NCBI GenBank assembly: GCA_963674865.2
Contig: CAXXYE010000009.1
Location: 1,600,001-1,664,000 of the forward strand
Source of the DNA: Candidatus Hydrogenedentota bacterium
Lineage (GTDB): Bacteria; Hydrogenedentota; Hydrogenedentia; Hydrogenedentales; SLHB01
DNA: 64,000 bases
Reading direction: 5' to 3'
Shown piece after piece: positions 59,934-64,000 of the stretch (the stretch's first letter is position 1; each line of letters begins with the position of its first letter). The position numbers and the translations under genes are program-made. The notes beneath the pieces were generated by a model that did not search any database, was not told the DNA's origin, and saw nothing but the letters and a program-made list of their open reading frames with translations.

Positions 59934-61046
59934 ATGTCCAACCGACTTCCTCTGAGTGATCCGAAACCTGATGCGGCCGAGTTTATTGATATCTTGATGG
60001 GGCGTTCGTCGGCGTCGCGGGTGCCGCTTGTCGAGTACATTGTTGACGAGGCAGTCCGCAAACCGATCACGACGAACCTGCTTGGGCGGGCGTGGGTCGA
60101 TTCATCACCGGAGCGTGAAACGCAAAAAGCGTGTTTCGATAACTTCATCGAGTTCTGGTATCGAATGGGATACGATTTCGTCCGCTTTGAAACGAGCCTG
60201 CCCTTCCCCTCCCACAGCATGCTCGCTCCGGACACGGCGCCGGGCTCCGACAAGAACCGCGCATGGGCCAATGAGCACGAGGGGGCTATCAAGACGTGGG
60301 AGGATTTCGAGGCTTATCCCTGGCCTAAGGTAAGCGACTTCGATTTTTTTCCGTTTGAGTACCTCAACGAGCACCTGCCGGAAGGTATGGGCCTGATCAG
60401 TTGCCATGCGGGAGGCATCTTCGAACACATGTCGGGAATCATGTCGCTCGAAGGTATCTGCCTGGCCGTGTGCGAGAATCCGGAACTCGTGCGAGCGGTG
60501 TCGGAGGCTGTCGGCGAGCGCATGGCCGCCTTTCACCGGCACTTGCTCGATCTGGACAGGCTTATTGCGGTGTTTCAGGGGGATGACATGGGCTTCCGGA
60601 CGCAGACGCTCATCGGGCCGAGGGAATTGCGTGAGTACTGCCTGCCGTGGCACAAGAAGTTCGCCGCCCAGGCGCACGAACACGGCCAACCGTACTTCCT
60701 GCACTCGTGCGGAAACGTCGAGGCCATCATGGAGGATCTCATCGAGGACGTCGGCCTCGACGGCAAACACTCTTTCGAGGATGCCATCGAGCCGGTGGAG
60801 TCGTTCCAGGCGCGGTACGGCGGCCGTATCGCCGTGCTTGGGGGCGTGGACATCAATATCCTTGGCGGCGGCACGCCCGAAGACGTGCGGCGGCGTGTGC
60901 GTGAGCTTATCGAGGTGTGCGGCGGCCGGGGCCGGTACGCGGTGGGCTCGGGGAATTCCATCCCCAGCTATATTCCTGTCGAGAACTACCTTGCGCTGTT
61001 GGATGAAACGCTGGCCTGTGCGGGGGGCTCGTTAAGAAGCCGGTAG
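59934..61046 (+). CDS. Uroporphyrinogen decarboxylase family protein
   Basis: 'GDDMG', 'LHSCG', 'HSFED', 'LGGVD', 'GSGNS'; start at 59934 or 59910 (the ORF-track extension overlaps the flavodoxin). Confidence 0.88.
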   Translation: MSNRLPLSDPKPDAAEFIDILMGRSSASRVPLVEYIVDEAVRKPITTNLLGRAWVDSSPERETQKACFDNFIEFWYRMGYDFVRFETSLPFPSHSMLAPDTAPGSDKNRAWANEHEGAIKTWEDFEAYPWPKVSDFDFFPFEYLNEHLPEGMGLISCHAGGIFEHMSGIMSLEGICLAVCENPELVRAVSEAVGERMAAFHRHLLDLDRLIAVFQGDDMGFRTQTLIGPRELREYCLPWHKKFAAQAHEHGQPYFLHSCGNVEAIMEDLIEDVGLDGKHSFEDAIEPVESFQARYGGRIAVLGGVDINILGGGTPEDVRRRVRELIEVCGGRGRYAVGSGNSIPSYIPVENYLALLDETLACAGGSLRSR

Positions 61047-61226
61047 GATTTGTTGAAAAGGGGGACACGTAGCCGCGCCAGGGACGGCGTTTTGAGCATG
61101 TCCCCTTTTCGCTGTTGGATGAAACGCTGGCCTGTGCGGGGGGGGGGCGTGAAGAAGCCGGTAGGATTCGTAAAAGGGGACACGTAGCCGCGCCAGGGAC
61201 GGCGCTTTGAGCATGTCTCCTTTTTC
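60994..61226 (+). repeat. Tandem duplication (about 116-bp unit) of a gene 3' end plus REP hairpin
   Basis: Units 60994-61109 and 61110-61226 both start cgctgttggatgaaacgctggcctgtgcgggg. Confidence 0.9.
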
Positions 61227-61248
61227 CGCCGCTGGATGAGGCGTGCGT

Positions 61249-62277
61249 CTACGCGGGAGGGTGTTCCTGAAGATCCTCCATGGCGATGGGAGCGCCGGCT
61301 GCAAGGGGGCGTTTCAAGTACTTGCCCATAAGGAGGCGCTCCTGTCCCGGCGCCAATCCTCCGCCCGGGCGCACCCAGGCGAGATCCTCCTCGCTGATGG
61401 CGGCGCCGGCGGGCAAGTCGCGGCGTGCGATGATAGAGCGGCGGACGGCAGGCATGTTGGCCAATTCGCCTGGCTGAGGCAGCTTCTGTCCTGAGCCGAG
61501 GAGTGCGTCTGCTTCTTTGACGCGGCGCACGAGTTCGGCCATCTCGCTGGGTTCAGCCGAAAGCTGATGATCGCGAAAGGCCGAGTGCTGTTTACTTATC
61601 GTGAAGTGCTTCTCAATGATGCGTGCGCCAAGGGCGACAGAGAGCACGGCGGCCTCGATTCCGATGGTGTGATCCGAGTAGCCGACGGTGCAGCGGAGCG
61701 TGTCCCGCAGTGTCCGGATCGCGGCCAGGTTGGCCTCCTCGGGGGGGACGGGATAGCTCGTCACGCAATGGAGCACGGCCAAGTCTTGTTCGATGCCTTG
61801 TTCCTCCCAGGCCTGCTCGATAAACGCCTTTGAGTGGGCAAGTTGCGGTACATCGGCGAGGCCGGCGGAGAGCAAAACGGGCTTGCCGGTTTCGGCGATC
61901 TTGCGCAACAGCGGGTAGAACGTGTTCTCGCACGAGCCGACTTTGAACGCGGGAACGAGTCCATTGAGGAATTCGACGCTATCGAGGTCGAACGGGGTGG
62001 AGAGGAACATCAGTCCCGCGTCGCGCGCGACTCGGCTGAGGCGCTCGAACTCGGCGTGGGTGAGCTCGAAGGACTTGAAGCGCTCGAACCGGGCCTTGTC
62101 GTCCCGGCTGATGAAGTCCTCCGTCTTGAAGGTTTGGAACTTCACCGCCCCGGCGCCGGCTTCCGCGGCAAGATGTACCATTTCTTCGGCCAGCGCGCAG
62201 TCTCCCTCATGATTGTTGCCGATCTCGGCGATGACGAGCACGTCGGTGTCTAGGTTTACGTTGCCTACGTACATCAT
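61249..62277 (-). CDS. N-acetylneuraminate synthase (NeuB/PseI/LegI) family protein
   Basis: 'IAEIGNNHEGD', 'AVKFQT', 'STPFD', 'LHCVTSYP', 'GYSDHT', 'IEKHFT', C-terminal SAF domain. Confidence 0.95.
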   Translation of the reverse strand: MMYVGNVNLDTDVLVIAEIGNNHEGDCALAEEMVHLAAEAGAGAVKFQTFKTEDFISRDDKARFERFKSFELTHAEFERLSRVARDAGLMFLSTPFDLDSVEFLNGLVPAFKVGSCENTFYPLLRKIAETGKPVLLSAGLADVPQLAHSKAFIEQAWEEQGIEQDLAVLHCVTSYPVPPEEANLAAIRTLRDTLRCTVGYSDHTIGIEAAVLSVALGARIIEKHFTISKQHSAFRDHQLSAEPSEMAELVRRVKEADALLGSGQKLPQPGELANMPAVRRSIIARRDLPAGAAISEEDLAWVRPGGGLAPGQERLLMGKYLKRPLAAGAPIAMEDLQEHPPA

Positions 62278-63044
62278 TCGTTCTCCGGGGGGGAGCCGTG
62301 GAAATGCAGCACGTATTGAGCGCCGACGATGCGGTAGCCGAGGCCCTCATAGAGGCGCAAGGAAGGCACGTTGGCGACTTGCGTACCGACACGCATCGCC
62401 TGGGCCGCGGCGCAATGGACCTCGGCGAACTGCATCATGGCGCGGGCCAGGCCCTTCCGGCGGGCGCGTCCGGCGGTAGCGATGAGGTCGACGGTGGCCA
62501 CATCCGCGGCACTGTCGAGAAGGAGCGCAAATCCAACCAATTCGTCTTCATTCTCTGCGACAATCAGGGCGTCGCCCCGTTTTCCGCGGAAGAAGTTGCG
62601 CACCCATTGCTCTTTGACGGCGTCGGCGGTGTCTTTGGGGATGTGAGGATCCAGGTGGAAGCGGGTGAACAGGAAGCTGTCGCGCGCCACGCGCGCCACG
62701 GCTCCCTCGTCACGCGGGACAGCCAGGCGAACATGCCTGGCCGTCGTCGGCGTCCGCGAAGGCGCCAATGGCTTCTCGAAGGTAACGTTTGTGTCTACGC
62801 CGCGGAAACCTACATCCTGAAAGGCGCCCAAGGCGGCGACGTTCCTGACGTCGAGTTTGACATAGGCGAATGCGCGGCGGCGAGACAGGTTCACGAGGTC
62901 GAGGCGGACGCGCGGCGCGAGCGTCGCGCCGCTGGGAGCGAGGGCTTCTTGAGCGGACACGCGGTACACGTCGAAGCCGAAGATACCGGCCAGCCAGGGG
63001 TCGGGATTGAATGCGGGATGCTCAATCGGTTCGGGCGGGTGCAC
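62274..63044 (-). CDS. GNAT acetyltransferase (WecD-like)
   Basis: 'TRFHLDP', 'RRKGLA', 'VGTQVANVPSLRLYEGLGY'; GTG start with GGAGG RBS assumed. Confidence 0.85.
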   Translation of the reverse strand: MHPPEPIEHPAFNPDPWLAGIFGFDVYRVSAQEALAPSGATLAPRVRLDLVNLSRRRAFAYVKLDVRNVAALGAFQDVGFRGVDTNVTFEKPLAPSRTPTTARHVRLAVPRDEGAVARVARDSFLFTRFHLDPHIPKDTADAVKEQWVRNFFRGKRGDALIVAENEDELVGFALLLDSAADVATVDLIATAGRARRKGLARAMMQFAEVHCAAAQAMRVGTQVANVPSLRLYEGLGYRIVGAQYVLHFHGSPPENE

Positions 63045-63999
63045 GGGCGTCTGCCTCCGGCCTCCAGAAGGAGCGATACCATTCGATATACCTCGGGAAT
63101 CCCTTCTCAAGCGCGTACTGCGGGGCGTATCCGAAGGCCTTCCGGGCTTTCTCGACGGACAACGTGCCTCGATCCGGCATCAGGGCATCCTTGGCTTCGT
63201 GTGTGACTTCCAGGCCGGGGAAGCGCTCAAGGACGACGTCAACGAGGTCGTTGATGGAGCGTGATTCGCCATAAGTGAGGTTAAACACGTCGTTCCGCGC
63301 ATTCTCGCTTTCAATAACCTTGGCGATTCCGTCCGTCAGGTCGCCAATGTACGTGAAGTCCAGGCGTTCCTCGCCCGAACCGGCGATCGTCAAGCTCTTT
63401 CCCTGTAGAGCGTTCTCGATGAAGATCTGGCCGACGCGGCGGCTGACGCACCGCTCGCCGTACAAGGCCGAGGGGCGGAGGATCGTGTAGGGGAGGTCAA
63501 AGACCTGGTTGTAGGCGATGACGATCTTCTCGCCCGCGAACTTCAAGGCGCCGTAGATGCCGAGAGGATTGCAGGGCGTTTCCTCGGTAACCATGCCCGC
63601 GGGGAAGTGGCCGTAAACCATGCTCGAAGAGAAGTAGACGAACTGCTCGACGTTCGAGCTGCGCGCGAAGTCGAGGGCGTTCTCGAGCGTGCGCAGGCTG
63701 TGGTCGAAGGTGCTGTAGGGGTCTTTGTTGGACTTGCCCGCATGCGCTACGGCGGCGAGGTGGACAATCACCTGGGGGTCGATCTTATCGAGAATCTTGC
63801 AGATGGCGTGATAGTCGCGCGCGTCCTGTACGTAGAGGGGGACATCGGCTTCCTGAAGTAGCCGGAGGCGCTCGTTGATGACACGGGCGTAAAGATCACG
63901 ATTCTGGATGACCTCGTACGTCTTCGTGAAGTGGAGGAGGTTGTTCACCGATAATCCATCGACTACGGTAACATCCGCCCCGCGCTGCCGCAGCTCCAG
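63022..63999 (-). CDS. NAD-dependent epimerase/dehydratase, 5'-truncated by the window edge
   Basis: 'VHLAA', 'SSSMVYG', 'YGALK' (YxxxK), 'RLDFTYI'; frame stays open to the window end. Confidence 0.93.
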   Translation of the reverse strand: MELRQRGADVTVVDGLSVNNLLHFTKTYEVIQNRDLYARVINERLRLLQEADVPLYVQDARDYHAICKILDKIDPQVIVHLAAVAHAGKSNKDPYSTFDHSLRTLENALDFARSSNVEQFVYFSSSMVYGHFPAGMVTEETPCNPLGIYGALKFAGEKIVIAYNQVFDLPYTILRPSALYGERCVSRRVGQIFIENALQGKSLTIAGSGEERLDFTYIGDLTDGIAKVIESENARNDVFNLTYGESRSINDLVDVVLERFPGLEVTHEAKDALMPDRGTLSVEKARKAFGYAPQYALEKGFPRYIEWYRSFWRPEADARAPARTD

Positions 64000-64000
64000 G

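Noticed and set aside
59318..61226. CRISPR array
   Set aside because: Repeats are dispersed or tandem with near-identical intervening sequence; no unique spacers and no cas genes.

Overview
High-GC bacterial chromosome segment with about 50 CDSs. I recognised no rRNA, tRNA, CRISPR array or intact transposase. The several '[16 protein letters not shown]...H-X9-DG' pilin-like genes and the general gene content suggest Ca. Hydrogenedentes or a PVC-like lineage (inference only). Housekeeping and metabolic genes include acpS, pheA, pcrA/uvrD, coaD, larBC, thiC, dusB, araD, trpB2, thuA and a neuB-like gene. There are also carbohydrate and envelope enzymes, a GntR/YtrA-type ABC exporter operon with a clear operator, and a frameshifted ABC ATPase. 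The most striking locus (22.7-25.8 kb) is a tandem pair of almost identical Cys-rich DUF1559-type pilin-like genes. Each has its own sigma70 promoter, its own terminator-like hairpin and a long 5' leader. The leaders have diverged in sequence but keep the same motifs and base-paired stems, so they are a candidate undescribed cis-regulatory RNA. Other notable items: nested MITEs (22209-22521), a dispersed 89-bp intergenic element with copies abutting promoter -35 boxes, a penicillin-acylase homolog lacking the canonical Ser nucleophile and carrying a duplicated C-terminal domain, a stand-alone PilC/GspF N-terminal-like mini-protein, and several REP-like repeats.
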